A DNA stretch of 62,927 nt, the filler included, from Asterionella formosa (taxonomy: Eukaryota), in assembly GCA_002256025.1 (NCBI GenBank). It is 5 parts of 5 records of this genome, joined end to end, with 100 filler letters (N's around TTAATTAATTAA, not from the genome) between each part and the next. Parts side by side here need not be neighbours in the genome. Positions count along the whole stretch, not along the records: positions 12,619 to 25,128 come from NKIB01007463.1; positions 25,229 to 37,732 come from NKIB01007464.1; 3 more parts are not named here. One strand, written 5' to 3'. Position numbers and translations under genes: made by a program. The notes under the pieces are model-generated. The model did not search any database. It worked only from the letters and a program-made list of their open reading frames with translations, and was not told the origin of the DNA. Every line of letters begins with the position of its first letter. The stretch's first letter is position 1. Of this stretch, positions 12,619-26,035 are shown in pieces.

Positions 12619-13679
12619 TCCACTTCATCATGACAGTAACTATGTGCTAATTGTGTATTGCAAAAGATCAGATGAGGAGGAAAACAACCATTTTGTGCAT
12701 TATCTTTTTGCTATAAATGATGGATTATGTCAAGTCCGTGATCCAGGAAAAGATGCAAGTGTGGATGAAAATTATGATCAAGTATTTCACCTTGCCCGTA
12801 AGTACTGCATCATCCCTGGATGCTGCAGACAATTGTAATTGTTTCGCACCAATACAGGATATCTTCCACAAGAATACCATACACCTGAAGAAATTGGTTT
12901 ATCGGAATCTTTCTATACTGGCACCAAAGCACGGCGCCATTGCAGATCATTGTGGCCACTGAACATGATTCCATGTTATTTCAACCAGAAGATGACAGCC
13001 AGTGGATGGTCACGTGGACCATTTACAATTGTGAAAGTGTTGGAAACTCTATTGCAACTAGAAAGGAATGGCAAAACCAAATTTCTTGGCAAACGGGCAC
13101 AATTCCGTTTGGAGACGGAGTCCTGGAAAGTTTTAAAACTTCAGCTGGTAGCAACAGATCGAGCAGACGATTTGTTATCTGTTACATCTGACACACCAAC
13201 CAAGTCAACCTACTTTCATCGTGGAACAGTTTGGCCTCAAGCGACAACGACAAACATTCGTGAGGATCTGTTTCAGTTGGAAATAACTGTTCTTCAATTT
13301 TGTATCGACAAAATTTTGAGCTGCCTCGTATTTAGATTTTAAAATGTTGAACGAAGTATTTGGACGAGTTCCTTACAATTCTTCTTTCAAGAAGGATGAT
13401 GTTGTCTACGTAAAATCCATGATGATTAAACAAAGGAATGAAAAAGTTGCTCCCTTCAAATGGTATAATCATGCACCTCTTGGCCACATTTCTGGATGCA
13501 TAAAAATTGACAGAATGTTGAAAAATAAATTTGTAACTGATGATAGCCCTTCTGGAATCAAATTCAAAAATTTTACAGACTCATATCGAACTGCAGTTGA
13601 AAAGTGGAGAAGCAAAATTTCGGACGAAACGAGAAGGACCATCTTAGGTTCTTTGGGAGTGAAAAAGTACAAATATTAA
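12619..13679 (+). pseudogene. Gene B (Ulp1-like protease) C-terminal part, frameshifted
   Basis: NNHFVHYLFAINDGLCQVRDP...LFQPEDDS/GWSRGPF. The putative catalytic Cys is Arg in this copy. Confidence 0.7.
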
Positions 13680-14868
13680 AGCGTGAATGCCCACCTAATA
13701 AAGTCATCAATATCCATAGTCTGGAAGTTATATTCTGTTTGACCAGCTGGTGTGTCACGAATTATCTTAGATTTTTAAAATTGAAACATATTTGATAAGA
13801 ATAAAATCACCAAATCAAAACATCATGCTTTGGGAGGCACCATCTCCCTGCAAGAACTTACCTAAGGTTCCTTTAAACTGATTATTCAATACATTCTGAC
13901 ATTCTCTCAACCTTTTAATGCACATGCCACCAAATGTTGATTTGATGTAATCTAAACGTGCCTTGTTGCTATGTTCAATGATCTGATTCATCGGAAGTAG
14001 TGTATCAGAACCATTCCACATGAAATCGGCAAGCTCTGGGTCACTCTCCACATCTTTGCCCAACTCCGGTTTTACAGTGTATAACCGAGTTAGGCAACAT
14101 TGGGCAACCCAATCCTGTTTGTGATTGGAAATGCCTTTCATACTACTTGGACCAGATGGGGCGGGATGTTTGATTCTCTTTTTGGACCAGAAAAAAGCAC
14201 ATTAGATTGACATTCTTTTTAACAGTACCTGCAATTCACGAACTATAACCTCAAACTTACATGTTCACAGCAAAACTTCTTGGTTTTGAAAATAAAACTC
14301 ACAACCTTTGTTACAATTGATGGTTCAATTTTAGCTAAGCGGCCGGGAACGACGTTCTGATAAGACTGCTGAAATTGAAGAGTCTTGATAAACTCGTACG
14401 GACGAGTTTTAAACCGAATTACGACCTTTGTAGTGATTGAGTTCATTGACCAATTGATAATATCCTTTGGCAAGTGCAAAGTGTTTTTCCCTTAGAGTGT
14501 CATGCACTTGTTGGTCCGAGCAATTAGAAAATTTATGATATGGAACGATGTTGTCCATCTGCATCCGGGAGTTATTAATGGTATTATCGACAGGAGCCAT
14601 TTTTCTTGTAGCAAGCAACAACTGAAGAAGAAACGTCATCATCGCTTTGAGTATCAATTATAGGATCCTGTGTAGCTGATGGTGTCCCCATTGAAGATGG
14701 GGTAGTAACCACACTAACTCCCTGTCGCCGATTGGGTTCCTTTGGATAATTGCCGATTCGCTTTTTCTTCGTTAACTCATTTTGGTACTTGCTTCTTTGT
14801 TCCATACCGGCAGTGTTTGCCACATGTTGCTTGTTTCCATGAACCTCTTTATGGCTTTTTGAAGACAT
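13680..14868 (-). pseudogene. Gene A, 3'-truncated
   Basis: MSSKSHKEVHG...LNHYKGRNSV...KTKKFCCEH|gtaagt...ESDPELADFMWNGSD...GGMCIK. Confidence 0.7.
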
Positions 14869-15476
14869 TGCACTACTAGATAAATGTTCTTGTAAGTTTG
14901 ATGATCATAAAATCAGGTGTTGCAAGCTACAATGAAATGAATCATCAGCCACTACATATAATTTTTTACGCTGTCTAGTAGATACGATACCATGAGAACC
15001 GTGTTTGAGTAATAGCATATCTTGCTTTCAATTTTACGATTATACGATCCTGAAACTATGATGATTTAGTGTCCCGTTGCAGCAGCAACAGTCCTGAACA
15101 TATGGTGTTCTGTTGCTCGCTTACTACCCCGACTACTGCCAGTATATCACTTTCTACCTGCTACTGGTGGTACTCTGTATATAAATGATAAAATGTTATG
15201 ATCATATGATGTACACATGAAGAACTCCCGCAAAAAAGGGGCTTAAATAATTAGTTACTAAAATCCTTCCGTATCAACAATTATTATACAAATGGGTTGT
15301 GATTTACACCAATTGAATTGTCTATATAATCAGTTCCAACGGACGTAGAAAATATTGATGCAAACAAATTTCAGAAACAGTGCTGGTACACGAAGTCGTG
15401 GAAAACAATTGACATATTGTGCATTGAATATTTTCGAATTATATATATATATGCGAATATGATCATCTCAACAATA

Positions 15477-15688
15477 CCAGACGTGCCATATTGAGAGTGC
15501 CTTTGAATTATATTAATGTACGACTCTTAATATATTTATATATTTACAAATTTATAACTCTATATATGGCAAATTTATTTGACCAGACGTGCCATATTGA
15601 GAGTGCCTTTTAATTTCATAAATATACGACTCTTAATATATTTATATATTTACAAATTTTATAACTATATACATGGCAAATATATTTG
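15477..15688 (+). repeat. ~106-bp tandem duplication
   Basis: ccagacgtgccatattgagagtgccttt...atggcaaat.tatttga occurs twice here and once in the paralogous region (~47237-47345). Confidence 0.9.
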
Positions 15689-17289
15689 AAATCGTTCTGT
15701 CATGTTAACAAACAATGCCTGCTTCGTGAAAAGAAATATTGTAGTACAGCATTTGACAAGGAAAGTTTACGCAATAACGAAAAACATTGTGGCTTCGACA
15801 CATTCCGCCTTCAAAGGATGGAGTATGTTTAAGGTAATGAAGCCATCAATGTGGTACATGGATGACAATCAATGGGAGGACAACAGCAAATAGTAAACTA
15901 AATGCATGTTTCCTTTCTTCTCAGTTGATTCAATATTAAAAAGCTCATTTCGCTTGTTGGGGAGCACCAATGTAAAACAAAACAAAATTGGTAAGCGCTC
16001 TTGTCATTGGACCTATTCACTACTGTTGGAACATAACTGATGGACACGTTTTCCTTCTTTCAAAGTTAAGCTTACGAAAATGAATCGGTAAGTTTTATTC
16101 GATAAAATTGGATACCTGAAACTTACTTATTCAAGAATTTACTGACAATTTACTATTACAGACATATGCATCAGTTGCTTTGATTTTTGGTAAGTGAAGC
16201 AAACAAGAGGATACTTTGGAATGGCGTGTTGTTGTGTCAGTGTAACATGTTTAGCTAACAAGTCATTCCTTTGCATTGTTACTGTAATTGCATTGGACAA
16301 CAAAACTAATCAAACAACAGAATAGTCGGCGAGTACAGAGTGACACTAATAGCAGGGAAAGAGACGCAACATTAGTAGGCAGTGCCTGACACATGATTCA
16401 GAATAGAGGAAGAAAAGGGCAAGACAGGAATATACATTGAGACAAGTGGAGAGGAGAGAAACATTCCTTGGGTAGCTATCGAAACAGAAATATCATTGCT
16501 AAATGTGTTAATTAAATTAAGATCCATTCCAACCCTTTTTGAACATTCCTTGTGATTAGTAGTATTATGATCATGTTTAAGATAGATATACAATGAAACA
16601 ATTCACATGATGGCATAGAGTTTAGCTGATTTTAGGATGCGTTGTAGTAATAATTTATATCTGGCAATCACGAGAAGAGAAAATAAAATGAGAAGGTTTA
16701 TGATATTGATAAGAAATGTTGTTGATTGATGGAAGCAATGTTGCGCTCAGGTAGCTCCAATAGGATACCTCGACTGTTAATCAATCATTTGGAAATAACG
16801 GATTAGTGTTTCCAATCACTCTGAGATTAAGGTTCACTAGGTGAACTTGTTTGGTAAATGTAGGTGAAACCTTTCAACATCTGAGATTTACTATCAATCA
16901 GTAAACTCTCTTTCCTGCATGGAATTTACCATTCAACATTTTTCTGTACCAAATGTCTGAAGGCCAATAGACTTGATACATTATTGTGCAGTGTTCCATC
17001 CATCAAGTACAACGACACTAGGGTCATGTTTTTTTCATTTCAAAGACGCGAGCAAATGTTGGAATCAGGAATCAAGAATCTATCTGTGTTTCAACTCGGG
17101 CAGCATATGTTAAACATTTATATTGGGTACCGGTAACCTGGTATGTATATACGGAATATTATCATTTCTTATTTATAACCGCTGAGGGTTTTACTAAAAC
17201 CCTAACAAGATGATGCATGTGTAAAATTCAACCAATATAATAATACTAACATATTGTTTTGCCGAATCAATAATCACAGAACAACGACA

Positions 17290-18654
17290 ATGATGCATGC
17301 TTTCGTCCTGTTTTCGGTTCTCTCTAGCCTTCTTACGGAAGCTGGAGCATTTCTGTTTCCTCAGAACCAAAAAATGAGAATGGAGTTTGGGCTGCTCGCC
17401 AAGAAATCTGTTGGCAGCGAAGACAACGGTGAACCAGTGGCAAACAAGGCCAAGAAGGCTGCCCTCGATGGTGTACTGCAGCAGATTGAACGGTCGTATG
17501 GACGTGGTTCAATTGTTAAGTTGGGAGATGCTAAGAATATGATCGTTGATTGTATTGGGTCCGGGTCCTTGACACTTGGTGAGCTTTGACTCGCGTTGGT
17601 GGCAATTCCGTTTTCACTCAAGTCCCTTCTCACATCTTGTTCCACAGATGCTGCTCTTGGTGGAGGCTATCCAAAGGGACGAGTGGTAGAAATTTACGGA
17701 CCTGAAAGTTCTGGAAAGACAACGCTGGCTCTTCATGCTATTGCGGAATGCCAGAAGGTTGGAGGCACAGCTGCGTTTGTGGACGCCGAACATGCCCTTG
17801 ATCCTCAGTACGCGGCCAACATGGGGGTAGATATCGATGCATTGCTTGTTTCACAACCCGATTCGGGAGAAATGGCTCTCGATATTGTAGACAAACTTGT
17901 AAGAAGCTCAGCTGTTGACGTCATCGTTGTGGATAGTGTGGCAGCTTTGGTACCAAGGGCTGAGCTTGAAGGTGAAATGTCGGACTCTCAAATTGGTCTG
18001 CAAGCTCGCCTCATGTCCAAGGCTATGCGGAAGATTACTGGATCACTAAACTTGAGTCAATGCACTGTGATATTTATTAATCAGCTGAGATCAAAGGTAT
18101 GTAAACTTTAATTCTGAATGCGACGTTTCCGAGATGCTTATGTAATCCACTAACAAATCATTAAGGTCGGTGTAATTTATGGATCCCCAGAGGTTACTTC
18201 GGGAGGAAATGCTCTCAAGTTTTATGCATCAGTACGTCTAGATACCCGAAGAAAAGAAATCTTACCCGATAACACTGGAATTCGAGTCAAGGTCAAAGTA
18301 GTTAAGAACAAGATTGCTGCGCCTTTTAAAGTGGTCAACTTTGATATTCTCTTTGGTTCTGGTATCGATACCATGGGCTGCATGCTGGATGCAGCCCAGG
18401 AATTGAATGTGGTGGAGCGCAAAGGGTCGTGGTATGCCTACAAAGGAACTAACATTGCTCAAGGCCGCCTCAATGTAGTTGAACTTTTGAAGAGCGACCC
18501 TAGTTTGGCGGCTCAGATGGAGACAGAGGTACGATTAGCGCTGTCTAACTATGGAACGTCAGTGGGAGATACTGAATTGGAGGTGGAAATGCACGACGAT
18601 GGACTTGACATGGTCAAGATGGAGTCTGACATTGTTGAGTCTTATCTTGAATAA
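17290..18654 (+). CDS. recA: Plastid-targeted RecA; exons 17290-17578, 17648-18096, 18166-18654
   Basis: Motifs [60 protein letters not shown] introns restore the frame. N-terminal signal peptide ends AGA-F (ASAF-type). Confidence 0.95.
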
Positions 18655-18717
18655 CTCAATTATTTGAGATTTAGTTATTGTGTGTAAATATTCAGTGGCT
18701 GTCAATAGTAGGTGAGG

Positions 18718-19501
18718 CTAGCTCCTTTTTTGGTGGCGAACGAGATTGTTGAAAAGTTCAACAGTTGCGGAAACAGATTCGTCGAATTTCTGTGACAAAA
18801 TTCTGTGATCTCCCATCGGGTTGAATGGGTTCAATGTATATTCAACGTATAATCTATGCACGTCAATCTGCGAGTAATGCGATGCACATCAGATTTTGAC
18901 AGCTCAATGCTCGGCACGAAACTATAATGCTTCACCGATTACAAGCATATGCCTGACTGTCTCGAGCACGTACCATTAACCTCTTGATATCTAAATCTCT
19001 CCTTGGGTTCGACACGGAAGTCTGGCCTGGAACTGCATCGTCCTCCACGACCGCGATGAATTTTATCTTTGTTTGTGACATGTAGCCTGCGTTATTATCA
19101 GATTGTTAGATCCTCATGAAAGGTTGTTTCGTTAGCCTACACAGGGCTGGAAGGGTATGACGATTCTCACCATAAACGCGGTTCTCTTCAACAGGGCATA
19201 GACAGCCTACAAACATAGCATCTGGTCCAGAAGTGTTTGAATCTCTCCATCCAAATCCCGGTGGTGGCCCTGCAAGTTGGTCGAATCTATCGAGAGCTGC
19301 ATGGAGAATAAACTGTTGTTTCAGTCCGCAATTGAATCCCCCCGGCCCCTTTTTCTTGTCACCAGAAGTAGGGTCCGTTGAAAAGGACAATCCGAATAAT
19401 TCTACCTCTCCAATACCTTCAACGTTTTCTTCTTTGTTGAACTCCTTGAGAAAGATGGGTTCATTGGTCTTTCCGACGATTGCGATGCTCAGAAGCGCCA
19501 T
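18718..19501 (-). CDS. TRAPPC2L: Sedlin-family TRAPP subunit (TRAPPC2L-like); exons 19501-19171, 19086-18974, 18867-18718
   Basis: MALLSIAIVGKTNEP, QFILHAALD, VYGYMSQTKIKFI, HRLYVEYTLNPF. Two GT-AG introns keep the frame. Confidence 0.85.
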
Positions 19502-19745
19502 GGTAATAATGCACGCGGAAAATTGAGGCACAGCTTGTCTCAAATGATACCGGTAGTATTATCGTTTGCAATTCCTTGTAGTCGAACATGTCGAGTCACA
19601 TTCCCGAGTTTCAGTCACGGCGGCAACTTTTTAAAATCATTTTTCGAAAACCCTCAGACGCGATCACCCCACAGCAGGGTCCAATTCTAGTATACTACTT
19701 TGTCGATGATACTTCACTGCTTCATTTGTTTCGACGTTGCATCCG

Positions 19746-21506
19746 ATGACATTGAAAGGCAATCATGAGGTTGATGCACTCCTTATGCCTCCTCCGAGCA
19801 AGCGACTACGATCGATTGCAAATGCAACAGCTAGACTTCCGAACGATGACTTGGTCTTGCCAATAGAAGGAGTCGATCGAGTGATTCCGTGGCAACAGTC
19901 ACTCACTCAAAATACCAATGCTGAAATTGTTCCAGAGAAAATTTACGCGCTTCCATTGGTATCCTTCGATAACTTAGAAGCTTCGGACTCTCAACAGACG
20001 ATGAACGGACCAACTGCTAGGTCGATGTGTCAAGATTCAGAGTTGATGGAAGCCAATCACAATCAGAAACAACACCAACAGAACCACAGAGAAATTGCTC
20101 CCAATAATATAAAGGGAATTTCTGGAGGGCATTCGGAAGAATACGAGCAGCAAGTCGAGGAAGATAGTCTACAATTGACATATTTGACAACTCGGTTCAG
20201 CGACATCATCGGTCATGGTGCTGTCAAGCTACGAATCGATGAAATGCTCTTGCCTTTGGCCCTTCCATCATCCCTGACCAATTCTATCTTGAAAGGAGTG
20301 AGATCATTACCAGCTTCTTTATTGTTATATGGCCCTCCTGGGTGCGGAAAGGTGAGTTTTCTTGTCAAATTTGAATTGTACCAATAATAGCGTTTCCTTT
20401 TGTCTGACATTAATGATGCACACGAAGACACAACTTGCCCGTGCAATTGCAGGTGAAGCTCAAGCTGCGTTCATGACAGTTGGTCCTAGCGATGTGCTTA
20501 GTAAATATGTTGGTGAATCTGAAGCTTCCATCCGTGATCTTTTCAAAAAAGGTGAGACTACTACATGTACTAGCTGCTTTATAAGCATATGTTTTGCGAG
20601 TATCGCCTCTAACCCGCGTTCAAAGCCGCTCGACTTGCCATCCGAACTGAAAGTCGGTGTACCGTGCTTTTCTTTGATGAGATTGACGCACTCGGGCAAT
20701 CAAGAGGCGGAGAAGAAAATAGTGGCCTTGCTAGCAGCGGTGGTGCAGACGGATCATCGCGCCGCATCTTGGCGGAACTCCTCATTCAGTTGACGAATCT
20801 GACGAAGTCCGACAGATCGGATGACGCAGCTGTAATGGAAGAACACGATGGAGCTCATAGCAAGGAAGAAGTATATGATTCAGGCAGTGACGAAGACGAA
20901 GACTATCGAGGTAGCCTGGATTCACCAAATACCATATGCGCCACCAAAATCAAAGTGATAGTTGTGGCAGCAACCAATCGTCCAGAGGATTGTGATCCTG
21001 CATTGGTTCGACGATTTGCCATTCGTCTTCAAGTAGGCCTCCCTGCGAAAAGGGACCGTTGGAAAATTATCAACAAGCACCTGCTGGGCATCGAAAATAC
21101 CCTCTCGAAAGCTCAACTTGATGACATCGCCATTGCCACCGAAGGTTGGTCTGGTTCAGATTTGGAGTCTTTGACAAGAGAAGCAGCAATGGCCCCCGTT
21201 CGCGAATGCCTTCGTTCTGCTGCCCGTGCCAAGCGACGAGCCAAGAAGCTCAAGCAAAGTGGCGGCGACGAATCTTCTCAGAAAAATGCCAGCAAAGCAA
21301 AGGACGGGGATGAAGTTGCCAGAATTCTGTTATTGAAGGGTTTTCAGAATATTCGAGCAGTCAGCTTCCATGACTTTGACGACGCCATATCGTTCTTGTT
21401 GGGAAACGAACAACCCAATGTTGCAAACCAATCCCTCCTTCAACGCCTACAACACCGCAATCATGCATATGATAGCTCGAGTGACTCGAATTCAGAGCCG
21501 GATTAA
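19746..21506 (+). CDS. AAA+ ATPase, meiotic clade (katanin/spastin/VPS4-like); exons 19746-20351, 20428-20551, 20626-21506
   Basis: Walker A LLYGPPGCGKT, pore loop SKYVGESE, Walker B LFFDEIDA, AATNRPEDCDPALVRRF, TEGWSGSDL...EAAMAPVRE. Confidence 0.9.
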
Positions 21507-21693
21507 TAAGGTGTATCCCTTATGAGAATTAGATTTCGATTGCCCTATCGAATGTTGGAGTTTTCGTGGTGATTCGCATGTTTGTCGGAATTTCTGGATT
21601 ATTTTAACTCTAAGCACCTACCTAGATTTGCTTCAAATAGTCTACTCCACTATAATGAGTGTGCAAGTGAGTATTTTATTTCTCTAAACGTGA

Positions 21694-23517
21694 TTACATC
21701 ATGCCACCCATGCCTCCCATTCCACCCATACCACCTCCCATGCCACCTCCTGGCGCACCGCCCTCTTCAGGCTTATCAACAATCATAGCTTCAGAGGTTG
21801 TCAGCAGACCAGAAACAGATGCAGCATCAACGAGTCCTGTTCGCGTTACTTTGGTGGGGTCAATGATTCCGGCAGCGAACATATCGACGTAAGTTCCATC
21901 GGCTGCATTAAATCCTAGCTCAATGGCGACACCAGGTTTTGTGAGCTCACCGCAGACTACAGCTCCTTCCTCTCCGGCGTTAGCAGCAATAGTGGTAATC
22001 GGGGCACGGAGCGCACGTTGAATAATCTCAATTCCAATGCGTTGGTCCATATTTTTAGCATACTTGTCCGCAATGGCTGGCAGAAGTGTGGATGCGTAAA
22101 GCAGGGCCTTTCCTCCTCCTGGAACAATGCCTTCTTCGACAGCAGCTCGGGTAGCATTCAGAGCATCAACGACGCGATCCTTCTTTTCATTAACTTCAAT
22201 TTCGGAAGCACCTCCCACCTTGATAATAGCAACTCCACCGGAGAGCTTGGCGAGTCTCTCTTGGAGTTTTTCACGCTCATAGTCTGACTTCGTGGTTTCG
22301 ATGGAATCACGGATAAAGTCGCATCTCTCGGCAAGTACGGCACTGTCACCACCTCCGTCCAACAGGATAGTATCGTTCTTGGTGATGGTAACCTTCTTGC
22401 ATGTTCCTAGGTGAATAGGTTGGACCTCCTCCAACTTTATGCCAACATCCTCCGACACAATTGTCGCTCCAGTCAAGATCGCAATATCTTGCATGCTTCC
22501 CTTACGGTTGTCACCGAAACCAGGTGCTTTGACGGCACATACTTTGATTCCAGCTCGTAGCTTGTTGACAACGAGAGTGGCAAGGGCTTCAGACTCAACA
22601 TCTTCAGCAATGATCAACAGCGATGCCTGCGTCTTGATAACTGACTCCAAAAGGGGGATCATCTGCTGAAGAGAGCTGACCTTTTTCTCGACCAAAAGGA
22701 TGAGAGGATTATCCATTTCTACCGTCTGTGTCTTGGGATTGGTGATGAAATATGGAGAAATGAAACCCCGTTCAAATCTCATTCCTTCGACAACCTCAAG
22801 CTCGTTCTCAAGGGTCTTTCCGTCCTGAACGGTGATGACACCCTCCTTCCCGACTCGCTCCATAGCATCAGAAAGCAAAGCACCAATCTCCTCATCGGCA
22901 TTCGCAGAAATGGTTCCAACCTGAGCCACCTCTTCCTTGGAAGTGATGGGTCGACTAATCTTGCCCAATGTATCAACAACTGAATCAACAGCCAACTGAA
23001 TGCCTCTACGAAGATCCATCGGATTCAAGCCAGCAGCCACAGCCTTGCAGCCTTCAGAGTAGATGGCTCTCGCAAGAACCGTAGCGGTGGTGGTTCCATC
23101 TCCGGCAACATCGTTAGTTTTGCTAGCGACACTCTTGATTAATTGCGCGCCCATATCTTCAAACTTGTCTGCAAGATCGATGGACTTGGCAACAGTCACA
23201 CCATCCTTGGTAATTTTGGGAGGCCCGTATGGCTGGGCGATAATAACATTGCGTCCTTTGGGTCCGAGTGTCACCTAATCAAAAGTGGCAGAGGCGATGG
23301 GCAAACATCTGTTAGTCAGTACGATGTTCTTAGAAAGTGATGCGACGGACACATAACCCATCAAAACGCTCCTTACCTGGACAGTATTCGCCAAGAGGTC
23401 AACTCCTCTCAGCATGGCTGCTCGTCCCTCAACACCAAATTTGATCTCCTTGCTCATGAGGCGGATGGCGCCATGAGTGGCTCTAGGAGCACTTCGTTGG
23501 ACAACGGCGCGTAACAT
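21694..23517 (-). CDS. HSP60: Mitochondrial chaperonin 60; exons 23517-23377, 23274-21694
   Basis: [31 protein letters not shown]-terminal tail and an Arg-rich presequence. Confidence 0.97.
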
Positions 23518-24343
23518 TTTCGTTTTATTTTGCGGTTGGTGAAAAAGTTTTGAGGCGCAGGTGATTAGTACCCGGTTACCACCAGCAAATAGTAGGATGG
23601 GTTTCGATCTTTCGAGAGAAGTGTGAAACGAAGAAAGAAGGAGGATCGAAAAAAATCCTTGGTGCACATCATGTGACGATCATTTCTTCTCGTACACTAC
23701 TATGGTACTACGAAACGTCTTCCAACATGGGTATCATTCATAGGAAGTCCCGACCTCCTCACCGTCATCTCGATGAGACTCGTAAATGTACATACCAGAG
23801 TACCGGTAGTAGGCAGTGTTCATTTAATGAAATGCCGCTACCGGTAAGTAGATCTCAATTGTAAAAAATATGCGTACATCTTCATGCAGTAGTAAATCAC
23901 ATATCTATCTATCCACTGTAGTGATTTGATCATCGTGCTTTTGAATTTTAGTTATTCATGTATGAAGTGTATTCTCATATGCCTATGACCCCCAATCAAT
24001 CCCATTAGAACTACCAGTATGATCATGCATTGCACTCCAAGTAGCCCAGTATAACATAGCGTATGTTGTTATTGTCATTAATATGTAAACACAACGAGTT
24101 GCAGCTTTTCTGACCCCTTTGTAATATGCATGTGTGTTGCCAGTCTTTATGCGCTGGTTAGATCACACGATTGTTTCGCTGGAGATACTGCACTCACCCA
24201 TTTTTTATGCGGCTGCAACTAACCTACCATCAGCAATTCGTACTGTACCATTATTTGTTCAATTCCTTTATTTGATGTTCGATCAAGTAAGTAGGGTAGT
24301 AGTTTCCTTTTTGTTTTTTCAACTAATAATACTAACAACTGTC

Positions 24344-25118
24344 TCATCGTGGACCATACTGGCCACTTGGAGGTCCACCATACTGGCCACCAGGAGGCCC
24401 ACCAAAGGGTCGACTATATCCCCTGCCAGCAAACGGCTGTCCTCGTCCACCAGAAAACCCACCACGCCCTGGCGGTCCTCCCTCTGACCCTCCAGGACCT
24501 CTCCCAAATCTACCGCTTCCTCCTCCTCCTCCGCCACCACCTCTGCCACCGAAACCTCCTCGTCGTCTCTCGTTGGCCTTTCTCAAGATGGCAGCCGCTT
24601 GACCTACCGCGGCCCCAACTCCTTCTGGCGGAGCTCCACCATGTTTCCGCCAGTGCTTAATTCTGAATATGTTTGTGCAACAGTGGTCAGATCAGAGCCA
24701 AAAGGTAGGTTAGCAATGATCCAGTAGCAAAGCACTCACCTTGAAACTACAAAGCGACCATCAAGTAGAAGTATCCGACCTTACGAGTCTAACTACCGTC
24801 TAAACGCACATAAAGAAGACACATGGAGAACAACACACACACGTACCTTCCAAACATGGGAGCATGCTGCAGCATCGTAGGCAGGACAATGAAAAGAATT
24901 TCTGGTCCTCGCAAATAGACTTGATTTGTCTTGCGTTTGACTCCTTTAGGATCAGTAATAACCGCATTCTTGATATAAAGATTCATCATGTCTTCAGCTT
25001 CAAACAACAGACCTCGAATCAACTCGCCTTGCTTAGTTTCCACAGTAATGACTGCACCTTCCGCGTCGTGCAGCAAGACAATTGGAATACCAACACGGTT
25101 GTTTCCAACGATAGACAT
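24344..25118 (-). CDS. SmD3: snRNP core protein SmD3; exons 25118-24847, 24662-24344
   Basis: VGIPIVLLHDAEG..ITVE, EAEDMMN, VYLRG..I.FIVLP.ML.HAPMF, followed by an RG/G-rich tail. Confidence 0.9.
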
Positions 25119-25128
25119 TTTACTCGGA

Positions 25129-25228
25129 NNNNNNNNNNNNNNNNNNNNNNNNNNNNNNNNNNNNNNNNNNNNTTAATTAATTAANNNNNNNNNNNNNNNN
25201 NNNNNNNNNNNNNNNNNNNNNNNNNNNN
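25129..25228. other. Artificial contig linker
   Basis: N-run with central TTAATTAATTAA. Confidence 0.98.
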
Positions 25229-26035
25229 TAAGTTCAACGTTTGTTGGTGGTGGTAAGTGCGAATTAGCGGCCGACCAACGTTATACTCTTCGGAACGGTG
25301 GTTGTCTGCTTCTGAGAGCTCAACGTAGTCACGAGAACGCTGACTACCACCGGAGTGGCGCGACCAAGATTGTTGAGAAGCATTACATTGCGAGCCACTG
25401 TACTGAGACCCACTATAGCGCGATCTGGGGATAGAAAAACTATCTCGTACGGGAGGAGTGCGCGACCTCGTCTCAACCCTAGAACTTGTGTACTCGGGGC
25501 GACGATATGCACCGTCAGCCATCAAAAAGCGGATCAAATCATCACTCTTTGATCCGCGGGACTCTCTTGATCCTTGGCTTTGAATGTCAATAGAGTTGGC
25601 ATGTTCGTTATTCGCGAAGCCACAAACGATTTCGTTCTGGTTGCATTGTTCCTGCTCCATAAAGGCGTTCGAAAGTTTAGTGTACGATTGCTCTGGCATT
25701 TCAGTGTGGGGCAGTCCTTGAGACTGTTGTAGGAGAGTAGGCTTTGGTGCTTGCTTGAGCTTGCTGGAAGGAAGTGGCTCCATTGTGTCCACCTTGTTCG
25801 ACTTCTTTTTTTTCAATTTGATTGATGTAACAGCTTCGAGAGGGTTCGAGCCTTGTGACTGTTCAACCCTCGCATCATCATGGTGACTGGAACTTAGTGA
25901 GTGCATAGCGTGCGTGAGCGATGTTCCGTCAGAGAGGAAATCATCCATTTTACGTCTCGTGGTTGATTGGGAGTGGTCGTACCACTTCGGTTCCATTCTT
26001 GGGGACAACCATTCATCGCAGGTAGATGGATCCAT
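25229..26035 (-). CDS. Partial hypothetical Ser/Gln/Arg-rich protein (cut by the contig end; may have upstream exons)
   Basis: More than 265 open codons with gene-like GC and CpG content. No recognised domain. Confidence 0.5.

Larger units (their letters stand above)
12619..16730. mobile_element. Plavaka-type transposon copy 2 (partial, lacks transposase)
   Basis: Colinear with 42790-48400 apart from a ~1.7 kb deletion at about 13676. Carries B(+), truncated A(-) and C(+). Confidence 0.85.

Noticed and set aside
17290..18654. recA as bacterial contamination or recent horizontal transfer
   Set aside because: It has spliceosomal introns, a bipartite plastid-targeting peptide and eukaryotic neighbours.
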